The notes under the pieces: generated by a model | What the model was told of the DNA's origin: nothing | What the model saw: only the letters and a program-made list of their open reading frames with translations | Databases searched by the model: none | In this document: piece by piece, positions 27,005-39,263 of the stretch | Layout: each line of letters begins with the position of its first letter | Position numbering within the stretch: the stretch's first letter is position 1 | Program-made: the position numbers and the translations under genes | NCBI GenBank assembly: GCA_012295275.1 | Contig: CM022670.1 | Coordinates: forward strand, 10,168,001-10,232,000 | Source: Chrysomallon squamiferum | Lineage: Eukaryota > Animalia > Mollusca | Reading direction: 5' to 3' | Length of the DNA stretch: 64,000 bases

Positions 27005-28441
27005 ATATTAGCTGTCAATCATATGTTTTCTTGTTTTTTTGACAATATAAGAGGGTAAATATTTTTCGTAGGTATCGGTTTCTATTATCTATTAGCAGCA
27101 AGGGTCTTTTATAATAAAACACCTTCTCATACACTGGCACGCATTTATATAATTGTATCGATATAGCATTATGGGCATTGGATGATAGTCACAGATGATC
27201 AAACTCAATTTAATAATAAGTTTATAATTATCTTATATGCTAAAATACAAAATAACAAAAAATTACAGTGCATTTTATAAGATATATATGACCTACCTAC
27301 CTGTGTGTGTGTGTGGGTGTGTGGGGTGTGTGTGTAGTGTAACTAAAATTTAATATAATACGCTTACACTTAATGAATTAAATTCACTTACACAAAAAAC
27401 TATGTATATCTATTTCATATTTTGTTTGCTGGCTACACATTTCAGAAATAATTAGTGAACGAATGACAATAATAATTTGTTGGATACATTTTATTACATT
27501 TTATTACAGAAATTTCTTATTCAGAGCTCTGGTGTGTTATCAATACAGTAAAGCAAGGCAAGAAACCCACCTTAAGCAATAAATTCTATATCTACTTCCA
27601 CTGAAGCAAGAGACAGATGCAAATTATTGTGGCCGCAAAATATCAGAAACATTTTAAGTAAAAGTTAATCTGACCTATTATAAAGTCTTGATTACATATT
27701 TTATCCTTTAGGTAATTAGTCTTCATTATGTCAGATTATACATTTTGTAATTTAATATTTCTTATCTCTTTGATGTTGAAAATTAGATAACCGTTAAGTA
27801 TTCTCGGTAGAAACACGATACATATAATCCATTAATCAATCCTGCAGGCTTATTTCCCATTCCAAACAACACACCATATTTGGGATTGTTGTTTCTGAAT
27901 TTTGAGATGTGACTGATTTCCTCTGTGTGAAAGATTAAGTGCATTTGTGCAAAAACGTTAATAGATGGATTGATTGGTTTAGTTTTCTTCTGTCCGATAT
28001 TAAAAAAAAATTAAGGACAAGTATTTATTCATCCAACTACTATCAGAAATAGCACGGTTCTTCCATTACATTATTATCATTCAAGTAAACATTTTAGCTG
28101 TATCGTTAAATTAGTATGTAGAATTCAATGAAATCATTATAACGAGAAGAATGTTAATGAAAAACAACAGATGATAATATATTGAAGAAAACAACAAACG
28201 TATTACGATGATGCAAGTTATAGTGCAATAACCAACGTGAAATTGTATACACTTTAGAAATTTCTGATTATTGTTCATAGTTTGTAACTCTGCAGTGATA
28301 ATCTCCAGTATATTGGCCAAGTAAATGAGAAAAAGCACTAACAACAGTAACTAATAGTTAAAGAAAGTGAAATGGAAAAAAAAAAAAAAATCATCATAAA
28401 ACTACTTTTATGTTTCATTGAGAAGAAGTCACCTTATTCTG

Positions 28442-28442
<1 letters not shown>

Positions 28443-28507
<65 letters not shown>

Positions 28508-28531
28508 GTAGTAATAATAATAATAATAATA
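28443..28531. repeat. (AAT)n microsatellite
   Basis: Directly visible. Confidence 0.95.
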
Positions 28532-29152
28532 AAGACCAATATTTAAGTCCAATAACAATAAAAATAGATAATAAAGACTTTATAAATTTTCTGCATTTCC
28601 GTATATCAATAACTTTGTTTTTTTTATTATTATTTGCGTTACTTTTATCTCGAGGAGTTAATACTGCTCATTGAGCTTCTTAAGGTCAACACGTTTCTGT
28701 AAGAACAAACGTACTTAATGCTGTTTACCAAGTTTGTCAAGGATAGATAAAAAGAGCATGGCTTTTCCCACTCTGTGCTGTGAATGATTGATTATAAATC
28801 AAATAAAAATTAAGACTTAAAATCTCGTAATAATTTATTGTCGACAGAGGCTGTGGTTGCATTGCGTGTTAGGTTATCAACTTAACAGTTTTTAAACTTG
28901 TCTGAACTCTACTGAAAAAAAACTCAAATTATGTTTGGAATATCTTTTCCTTTCACATGTTTACTGAATTAGTAATAAATAAATTTTTAAATTACATTAT
29001 TATTATTATTATTTATTTTTATTTTTTTAATTTTCTTTCTTTTTCTTCTTCTTCGTTTTTATTTTATTTTTTTCTATTTATTATTTTTTTTTAATCAAAA
29101 ATAGTTTAGGGTTTTTTATTTGCATATTTATTATTGTTGTTTTGTTGAAAAA

Positions 29153-29196
<44 letters not shown>

Positions 29197-29262
29197 AATA
29201 AAAAAATTAATAATTAGACAAAACAAACAAAACTCAATATGAAAACGTTGCTAATAAACTGT

Positions 29263-29264
<2 letters not shown>

Positions 29265-29347
<83 letters not shown>
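29265..29347. repeat. (CT)n microsatellite
   Basis: Directly visible perfect run. Confidence 0.97.
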
Positions 29348-29350
<3 letters not shown>

Positions 29351-30195
29351 CTACCTATAATTCTCTCTCAAAAAAGGGGTAGGATTGTAGATCAAGGTAG
29401 ACTTAGCCTCTTTTTGAAAAAAAAAAAAAAAATTAAAATTCTATATGCTCCATGAACAGCTATTTTATTATAACATTCACTAATTAGGTATTAACCCCTC
29501 AGCATACCTCGACCCTATTATAACAGCAAAAATCCAATGACGTATTACATCCTTTGTTATCGAAGCTGCGGTAAATAGGCCTTTACACTATATAATCTAG
29601 CAGCAGACGTTAAATGTCTTTTGTGTGTTTTTGACGTCCTGCGACTGTCTCAAATTAGCAAATTACTGTATAGGAAATCACACGCCCTCTGTCATTAATT
29701 GCAAAGTAACGGTCGCCGCGGGCCTCGCTGGGGTCACTGATAAATCGTATTCAGTTTATGAAGATTTAATCCAAGCAGAACAAGATTTAGCTTTTTCCAT
29801 TCGAAACGGATTTAGATTAAAATCAAGATATACACGGAAGGAATACTTCAGTCTTAAGTCAGTAGAAACACAAAGTATACAAAACAACAGGCAGAAGAAA
29901 TTTTTGTTATTTTGTGAGTTTGTTAGATATATTTGTATTGGGGAAAATACTGTCAGCATGATGGCAGTATCGTCGGATTATCACTGTTCGTATTGGATTC
30001 AAGTTTTTACGAGCTGAATTAATTTTTAGTGGCTGTGTGTAAAGAAAAAAGAAGAAAAATGATGTCTCCATTACGTTTTATAATTTTGGAAGGAGATATC
30101 ACGACAAAATAACGAAGAGGCAGTAGTTGGAAAATAATTAAAGATTATTTGTAACCGTGTCCTATTACTGATCATACTACAAAAGAAGTTGAAAA

Positions 30196-32644
30196 ATGTC
30201 ATTGCTGTTAGCATCCTTCACTGTAGTTGTATTTTACACGGAAAGCATTCTATTTTTGCATCAGATATCTCAACACAACGACGACGGCAATCGTACCTAT
30301 TTCTTCTTGCTCATTTCCATTTTCACGACGGCGCAAATACTTACAAATGCAGTTTCAGCTCTGCTAGTTTTTTTCAGGATGGATTTTTCCGGGAAGCCGT
30401 CTGGTCGTCTTTTGTGTACTGTTCCTACACCTGGGCCAACAAGGAATCGCCTGGCGCCTGGGAAAATTAATAATGTTCTATGACAAAAAAGACTGGATTG
30501 AACTGGTCATGTTAAGAATGGTGAGCGTCTGCGTCCAAACTCTGCCGTTCTTAGCCATTCACAGTTATCTTGTTTTGACATCGTCGGTGGAAGTTGCCGT
30601 GTCCGTGTTGTCTCTGCTAGTGGCACTGATGTCAGCAAGTATTGGCCTGACGTCGTTCACTGTGAGAAATCAAGTAGATGCCATCTCGTGGACAAATTCA
30701 AACGATCAGCCTGTTAGTTCTAAAAAACACTGTGGTTACCTTCTTCTGTTTATAGGAACCTCTCTGGGTCTTTCTTCCAGAATGTGCTCTATAATGCTTA
30801 TGTATGCAGAAAAGTTTTACTGGATAGCAGTTCCTTTAGGAGTACACGTGTCTGTATTTCTTGTTGTGTGTCTTTTATACAAATTACGGAAGCATAAAAT
30901 ATATTCATGGAAAGACGTTATGAAACAACTGGCATTTTCTTATTTGAATGTCTTCGATCTAACAGATGACCGTATAGGCAAAATTCAGTGCAGATACGTG
31001 GCGTATTACACGATGATTCTCATAGAAAACATCATCATGACGGCTGTTTGGTTGGTTAGTTCAAATATGGATTACACAGTGAAGTTAGTGTTGGTTCTTT
31101 CTGTTCTTACGTGTTTTGTTTGTTCTGTGGTTTTAAAATTCACTGCAGGAGGACTCCTTTTTGCTGGCTCTGCACATATTAGTTCACTTGCAGTGAAACC
31201 ATCTGAATGCATGAACAATACATTCAATGCATTAGATACTGCTTGTCCAAATTCTAATGGAAATAATGGAGGAGCTGTTATCGTTTCTCCAGCGTTAACA
31301 AATCATGAACGGTTTGTATCAGCTATTGATACTTCAAAAATTAAAAACAAATCAGTTGAAACTTCACATCATCAAGGGCTGCAACAGTTGAAAGATGATG
31401 GTAACTGTCCAGAGAGATACATAAACAAACACAAAGTAATTAATGTCGCTAGCGTTTATGACAGTCCCTTGACTGTAACTAATCATGGCATATCCAAGAC
31501 TTGTGCCAGTTCAATAACTAAGAGCTGTATTGTGCCAATAGACAATGACTTCAGACATAGCGTAACAAATTTCGATGTTCATTCCTCCAATAGTCGCAAC
31601 ACAAACACACTAGCTACAAGTTGTGTAACATCTAGTCAGTTATCCAATGAAGCAAGAACGCAAGATTCTGGGATTTCCAGAAGCAAACGCTTTAGATTTC
31701 ATCAGTATCCCAAAGCTGTTTTATCCTTAATAAAGAAACATCAACTGCAGAGAAAGAAAAAGAAAATAGCACTGTTTTCGCCAAACTGTGATACCTGTGT
31801 AGGTTGTGAAACTGTTTCTGAAAAAGTTTGTAAAGGGATTATGAAACATCATCATTCAGATGAAAACATTAATGAATTGTGTACAATTGGTACTGATGAA
31901 ATTCCGTGGGATGAAGATCAGATGTCTTATACAAGTTCATCTTTAGCGTTTTGTCAATCATTTTCAAGGACGAATTCATTTATCACCGAGTTAAGCTCAA
32001 CATCCATTTCCACATGGCCATCTATACATTACGCTTACTTTAATCCTAATATTTTACCAAAACAGAATCCTAATTCTTCTGAGAATATTAAGAAATGGCT
32101 AGAAGATGTACAGAAACATACTCAAGAAATGACTGGAATTTATCCAGATCTAACGCAAACTAAAGAAAAGACAGGCGAACAACAGAACGTGCTAGACAGT
32201 CGCAGTTTCGTAAGTCATAAGAACAGAATCATATATGTAAACAAAGCAGACGATGAGATGCGACCACATTCAAGTTTCCGACATACCAACAGAAGCATGC
32301 AATCAGTAACACAAACCGTTTTCAACCAGTGCAGTTCTGACTCGTCTTCCGATGACGATGCGACAGATTTCGATGAAGAAACACTTTCAGCGTCATCGCA
32401 TGTTTCTCATTCTAACACTGTACTTCCTAGTCATGGTACACGATCCCACACATCACAAAAAAGTGACAAGAAAACCGCTATAATTACAGGTGCAGAGACA
32501 AAACATGTAAATGTGAGAACAGCTATTTTTTCTTCTAGTGATCTCAGCAATGACTTCAGTACAAACTCTAAACAAAGGTTCAGCCATGAACTGCCCAGGC
32601 AAACGTTTCACGTTGTTTTAGGTGACATGGAATCCTTAGTGTAA
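30196..32644 (+). CDS. XK-related (XKR) multi-pass membrane protein with a long Ser-rich C-terminal tail; intronless, one +1 frameshift between 30368 and ~30415 (about 815 aa if corrected)
   Basis: ORF 30196 gives the hydrophobic N-terminal helices (…YFFLLISIFTTAQILTNAVS). The +1 frame, open from 30368, reads LFLHLGQQGIAWR (XK 'LHLxQLGxxWR'-like), then LRMVSVCVQTLPFLAI, SSRMCSIML, YYTMILIEN (XK 'Y..x.LxEN'-like), and ends ESLV*. Confidence 0.8.
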
Positions 32645-33350
32645 TGGGAAAATGGATTTGGTATTGTTATTATTGGTTATTATTTATTATGTTTGAACTG
32701 TTGGAAACATCAAATTGTGTAAATGGAGTAACTCTTGCCATTTTAATTTTAAATTATGTACTTTTTCAAAAACGCAAGTTATAAATGTTACAATATTGCA
32801 AACAAAATGTATATGTGCCATACAAACTTTGACAATTTTAACACTGAATTTGTTTACCAGAAAAATTCAAATGTTAACATACAATCAGGTGCTATTACCA
32901 AAATATTTTATGACAAAAGTTCAGTATAAATTTTGATGTCTCTATATTGTTACAATAAAACACATGATCTAAGTTTTTCTTCTATTTTATTTTCTTGATA
33001 TTTTCACAATCATTCTTATGTAAAGAACACATTCTACAGTAATTACAATAACGTACAAAATTAATTTCATTTATTAAAAAATATGTATGAAATGTACATT
33101 AAAAATAAACATTTCATTTTTTCAACAGAAATATGACAAAAACAAACAACAGTGCATGAAAACAAAAATGAATGAAGAACCAAGAACAGGTTTTAATCCC
33201 TGTATTTTAGTCTAAAACATTCAGAATAAATATCACAGTTGAAATCAGGACCATTAAAATCTCCAGTATCTTCAAACTCAAATACTGTATTTCTTTTGTA
33301 GAGTCAACAGTTTCATATTTTTCAGTTATGTTCTATCAAAAATCTATCAA

Positions 33351-35091
33351 TCATCTGTTCATCTCATCAGAGACCAATTTCAAGGCCTTCTTAAAGCTCA
33401 GTCGAGGTTTACGATGTTTCTTAATATACTGAAAAATAAATTTATTTAATGATTACTTCTTATTTCCAGTAGTCTGGAAAAATTACAAAAAATATTACAT
33501 TAAATGTTTAACATACTTTTCACTGGCAGATGAAAAAGAGAAAAAATATAATTCAATAGTTAGGTCTCTTTAGACAGCATGAGTTTTTCTTCAAAAGAAA
33601 ACAAAAAACAAAAACACAGGTGACATTAAAATATCTCCTAAATCTGCAATTGGTTTTTTATTCTACAATATAATTGATTAATTTTAATAACTTTACACAA
33701 GTTTCAGTAACTTGCCAGGAGTTTGTAAAGGTAAATAAATGCTGCAATTTATATATATATATATATATTTAAAGTTTTTTTGTTTTTTTTAATTTAAAAG
33801 TGTTTAATAATTTGCCACTTTATGAAGAGAATATATATATGTATATATTATCTTCATAACTTGGCAAATTATTAAACACTTTTAAATTAAAAAAAAACCT
33901 GAGAAAACAAAATTACTTGAACAAACCTCTTTAGTGGCCTCCAGTGTAGTGTATTGATAGTTAGGCTGAATGGAACTAGTGTAGTTTTCATACAGACGTT
34001 TCTGCACCTCTAGAAAGTTGGTGGTAAGTGCAAGCTGTTGTTTGAGCAGATCATGTAGAGCCAGCATGCAGGGATTGTATGATGTCATAGCTGAAACAAC
34101 AATAAAACCACTGTGCAGTTTTTACAAAACATTATAAACCGATCTACAAGTTAAACACACAGGTTGAGAATCCAAAACATTTTCCAAACAGCAGAAGCAG
34201 CGATATCCTCCAGTTTTCAAAATGTTTTGCATACACTAACTTTATTTTATGCATAAAAATTACTAAAAATGTTATATAAAAAATCCCTGAAGATTATTTG
34301 TATAAGTTGTATGTTAAATGTATATGGAATTCCTATTTAGACTTAGATCTTGTTCTCATGCTATCTCTTTATATTCTGAAATCTGAAACACTTCCAGTCC
34401 CAATCATTTTATGATTTTGGATAAAAGATTCTCAATCTGTATTAACATAAAGTAACAAAAAGCATGTTGATTACAGCAGTTGAGATAGCAGTACCATTTC
34501 ACAATTATTACTTTAAATAGTTTTATCACAGTTATGTCTTCACATGAACAAAAACATGTTTTTGGAATAAAATCTACATCTGTTATGTAACAGAGGCTTG
34601 CTGTACAATTCTGGTACCATAAATCTAGGTTAACAGTAAATTGATGTAGTACCCTTTACTAATTTTTCATTTTAATATGATCACCATTAAAATTATATAA
34701 CTTCACAGTAAAATACACAAATCTAATTCATTCATTATTATATGTAGTCTAGTGTTCAATAAATGTTACGAAAATTACTTAAGGCTAATAAAAAATTAAA
34801 GTAATAGGTATGGGTGAATAACTGACTTAAAACATATCTACTTTCTTCAGATCAGACTTGTATTAAATATATTACCTTCAAGGGCATCTGCACTGACAAC
34901 ATGAGAAGCTATTGGTGTAGGGTCAACAAAATCCAGGCCATAACCTGGTCCTGAGATTGCCAAACCAGACGCAGATAAATCCCATTTGTAAGACAGACCA
35001 GGAGGTTTCTCAGTTTGTACTTCAACACTTTTCATCTCTGATTGAGATTTCTTTGCTTTTGTTGGTTCTATTTCAGATTGAATACTTCTGG

Positions 35092-35170
<79 letters not shown>

Positions 35171-36773
35171 TAATAACAACAACAATAATAACAACAGTTT
35201 ATATTAATTAGGTGCAATTAAATAAAATAGAAAAACACAACAATTTTTACTTCACTGATTATCAAACATTTCTCTTAATGCATAAATTAGAGCTTTTTTT
35301 AAATTTTATTTATTAATTTACCTATATTTTTTTTTCATAAATTTAAAATACTGTTTCTCTGAAAACAAAATGAAATAATTTTTTTTTTTTTTTTTTTTTT
35401 CTGTATACTTCAAATATTTAATTCAAATTTCAGATTTATTTGGTTCTGAAAATTTCAAATTCAGATTCAGTATTGAAATGCATACACAGTGGACAATATA
35501 TTTTCACTGCTAGAAAATTAGGACACAAAATATCTTGAGATAGGCATATATGCATTAATATTTTTTGCTAATATATTTGTCACAACTGATTTCATTCAGA
35601 GCGGATTAATAATTTTTGTTAAAATAATTTGTCATACCTGGTTTTTCAGACTCAGTTAAATAATTTTTGTTAATATAATCTGTCATACCTGGTTTTTCAG
35701 GCTCAGTCAGTTAAATAATTTTTGTTAATATAATCTGTCATACCTGGTTTTTCAGGCTCAGTTAGTTAAATAATTTTTGTTAATATAATCTGTCATACCT
35801 GGTTTTTCAGGCTCAGTTAGTTAAATAATTTTTGTTAATATAATCTGTCATACCTGGTTTTTCAGGCTCAGTTAGTTAAAAATAATTTTTGTTAATATAA
35901 TCTGTCATACCTGGTTTCGTTCAGAGTGGACTCCGATGCCTCCTCTTCAAAGTCTTCCGAGTAGTTTGCCGTTGTGCCGTCCTCTGTGACGACACTTCTC
36001 ACTCTGCTGTCAGTGGAGGGCGACCTGTCTGAACTGTGGACACCGATCTTCTCACTCACGCTGACCGTCCTGTCGCTGACCTCCTGCGAGCTGCGACGTG
36101 GCAGTGAGTGTTGACTTGTCTGTCGTCTTATCATCGGCTCCATGTGTGTCACTTCAGACACTGTGTCTGCAGCTCTCCTTGACATGTAGACGTCTGACCG
36201 CTCAGTAACAATCTCTGAAACAACCCCACTCTCGCTTTTCTCCGTTTCCTCGTCTTCGAGAAGGTCGTCCACGCTCATTATGCCGAATTTTTCCAACAGT
36301 TCGCTACTTCTTGTGGCTGCTGTTTTAGTTTTTGTGAGCTCTTTTTTCTCCCTTTGCCTTGGCTTGAAAATAGAATCCTTTGGTGCATCAACCAAAAGTT
36401 TAGCAGCGAAAACTGACTTCTCTTCCGGTTTGCTTTTGGCTTTGAATGGAGAATCGACATGAGAGTTAATCAGAACTGATCCTTTTGACTTACTGTCAGA
36501 ATCTTTTGCTTTAAAAACCGAATCATTTTTACTCTTGGCTTTAAACACAGATTCTGTTTCTGGCTTTTTCTTGGCTTTGAAAGGTGACTCGTTTCTAGAA
36601 ACACTTTTATCAGGAGTTACTGCTCTAGTGTCTTTTTTCCCAGTCTTTTTTGGTTTCTTCTTTGCTGGCTCTGGAGAAATGACTGCAGGTTCCAGTGAGT
36701 CAATATCCATTAGGTTAATCACGTTGACTAATAATTAAAAAAAAAAATAATAATAATATGTAATATATATATA

Positions 36774-36810
<37 letters not shown>

Positions 36811-39263
36811 AAAATATTAATTTCATCATTATAATTAAAAGACTTTTTGTTTGGATTCTAAATAAAGAAATTATTTTCTATTGGCAATAAGAAACTAAAA
36901 TAAAATTGGAAACTTTCAATACTAAGCATTTCTCTTTAAAAAAAAGCCTTTCTTTGGTTACATAGACAATATGTATTCTAATTTCCAGTCTGTAATGATG
37001 TTTACTTGAATCAAATGTTACAGGTTTTATATGATACATATCATACACCCCCCCCAGTCAAGTTACTGAATATACATCCCAGTAATACATATATGTTGAT
37101 GAAACTTCAAAATAAATAAAAAATACATAAAATAAGATAAAAAACATGCAACACTGACAACATGACAATACCGTACAAACAGAAGCACGTAAAAGAAAAT
37201 GTCACTAATGCCAGATATCAGCCGAACACACTACAGCGATACTGAACTACTTACATAGTTGCTGTGGAGTGCTTGAGGAATCTGCTGTCTCCATTGCCTC
37301 ACTAACAATTGACTCTACATTGTCTGAGTCTTGGGATGCAGATCGAGAGTACAGTGCTTGAGAAACATGAGCAGCCTGGGGAGATGGGGTTCGATGGGGA
37401 CTGCCATGGGAAGAACCCTGCCTGCGTGACCTGGGTCGCTCCAGTGGGGGAGACTGTTGGAAAGGAGACCTAGTCCTCGTCTAATGCAAAACGGGTTAAC
37501 AAATTAATAACGTAGCTGTTTGGTTAAATTGATAAAATAAAATTATTGCCATCAGATGTTTTAATATTCATAAATTTGTTAAAAATAACACCATATGTAT
37601 TGGTCATAAAAATAATCAATTAAATGTGTAACTATGGAAGGAAGCTTGATAAATATTGATTATAAATGCCCAGGTTGATATTTAACTTATTTATTCTACA
37701 CTACCATTTTTTCAGCTGATTTGTTTCTGATCTTTTTATCAGATGATTCAAGCCTGTGTCGAAAATCTGCCAGACTTTCTTCTTCTGATGTCAAGTGTAC
37801 ACTTGAAGCATATTTTACTGAACCCTTGTATGCATATTCAGGAACTTAAAACAAACAAATAATAATAATTAAACTTCAGTGATATTATTTATATATATGT
37901 AAAAAGATAACAGATCTAGCATTGTATTAATAATTAATAATTAATGCAATGTAATTAATGTAATGGTTACTTTAAAAGAACAATTAAACAAAGGAAAATG
38001 TTTAAAGATACAACTAAATGAAATAATATTTTATTAATTTTAATAATTAATAGTTGAACAATAGTTCACCGATTAATAAATATCTAGAAGCAATTTTGTT
38101 TTTAAAAATATAGAAAATATATGAATGTACTAACAATATACCCTGCCAAACAATATTTACCCCAAAACCAAAAAAAAACATCACCTGCATGAATCACCTA
38201 CCTTTTTCCCTGGCTGTGTGTTGTTTATTCAGGGTGGGTGATGCTTTATCAAAACTGGATCTTGCAAAATTTGAATCCTCTTTCTGTGCTTTCTCCTGGG
38301 ATTTCCTTAAAAATCTGTTCCCATCTTTACCAATGCTGTGTTCAGAGGCTGACCGAGGTCTTGCGTGCATGTACTTGGCCAAACTGACACTGGTGTCATC
38401 TGTGTCTGTCTCAATGTAAGATTTATAAGCAGTAGGTGATGGTGATGGTGCTTTCTCTGGAACCTTCTGCATCAAGGCAGCTGCTTTGTTAAGAGAAGAG
38501 CTAGCAGATGTGTACTTCTTTGCTGAAGAGAACGGGACAGAGACAGCTGATCGCTGATTGGAGGAAGGAATGGATTTTTCCTGTGTCTTTTCTGAAGATT
38601 TCTTTTTCAGAAATTTGCTACCTTCCGCAGAGATCTGAGGTACATTCTGCTTGGGGGAAGACTGCGACAGAACGTGACTGTCACTGGATATTGATATGTT
38701 TTCTCCATAGTCTTCGAAGTTCACAGATTTTGTTTGTTTTGAAGTTTTCTGAGTCAAGGAATTAAGATATGCCTATAAAATAAAGCCATTATTGTAAAAT
38801 ATATATATATATTTTTTTTAAATATTTCATTTGTAAATGTCTTTTAAATCCTACAGATGTATTTATAAATTAATTATAGATATACATGACTATAATAAAA
38901 TAATTAAAATTAGATCATATTATATTAAATATACTTTTTATATCGTTTTATATATTACTGTAAATTGTTACAGTCAAGAACAATAATTAAAAAAAAGGTT
39001 ATTTCAAAATCCTGAACCACATTCATCTCTTGACTTTAAATATTTTTTTTAGAACTAAATATTACACAAAATGAATTTAGGCTTGTTATGCCATAGATTT
39101 AAAAAAGAATTAAAAGTAATGAGAAGAAAATATGAAAAGTTATTGAACTAAAACAGACTGTCAGTTCATCTTCTTCTTTAGATTTGATTGGCACTCGTTC
39201 ACCCTTCAGCTGAGATGAAACTTTCTGCAGCAGAGCAGTAGTTGAGCTATGTGCCTTTCTCAT
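33351..39263 (-). CDS. C19orf44: C19orf44-like protein (C-terminal DUF4614), 8 coding exons, about 770 aa
   Basis: Exons 39263-39159, 38772-38202, 37844-37705, 37480-37255, 36727-35911, 35087-34876, 34090-33927, 33428-33351, all in phase. The C-terminus [54 protein letters not shown] matches the recalled human C19orf44 tail. The N-terminal exons are low-complexity and less certain. Confidence 0.85.
35093..35195. repeat. (AAT)n microsatellite abutting the acceptor of C19orf44-like exon 6
   Basis: Directly visible. Confidence 0.93.
35608..35917. repeat. Minisatellite, 6 copies of a 51-57 bp unit, each containing the exon 5 splice donor of the C19orf44-like gene
   Basis: tgtcatacctg recurs at 35630, 35681, 35736, 35791, 35846 and 35903. 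The last copy is the real exon/intron junction (ACCAG|gtatga on the minus strand). Confidence 0.95.

Noticed and set aside
29625-30017. 130-aa plus-strand ORF upstream of the XK gene
   Set aside because: Non-ATG start, no recognisable domain; better explained as promoter and 5' UTR.
35608-35917. Regularly spaced repeat considered as a CRISPR-like array
   Set aside because: Eukaryotic intron; the units are near-identical along their full length, with no unique spacers and no cas genes.
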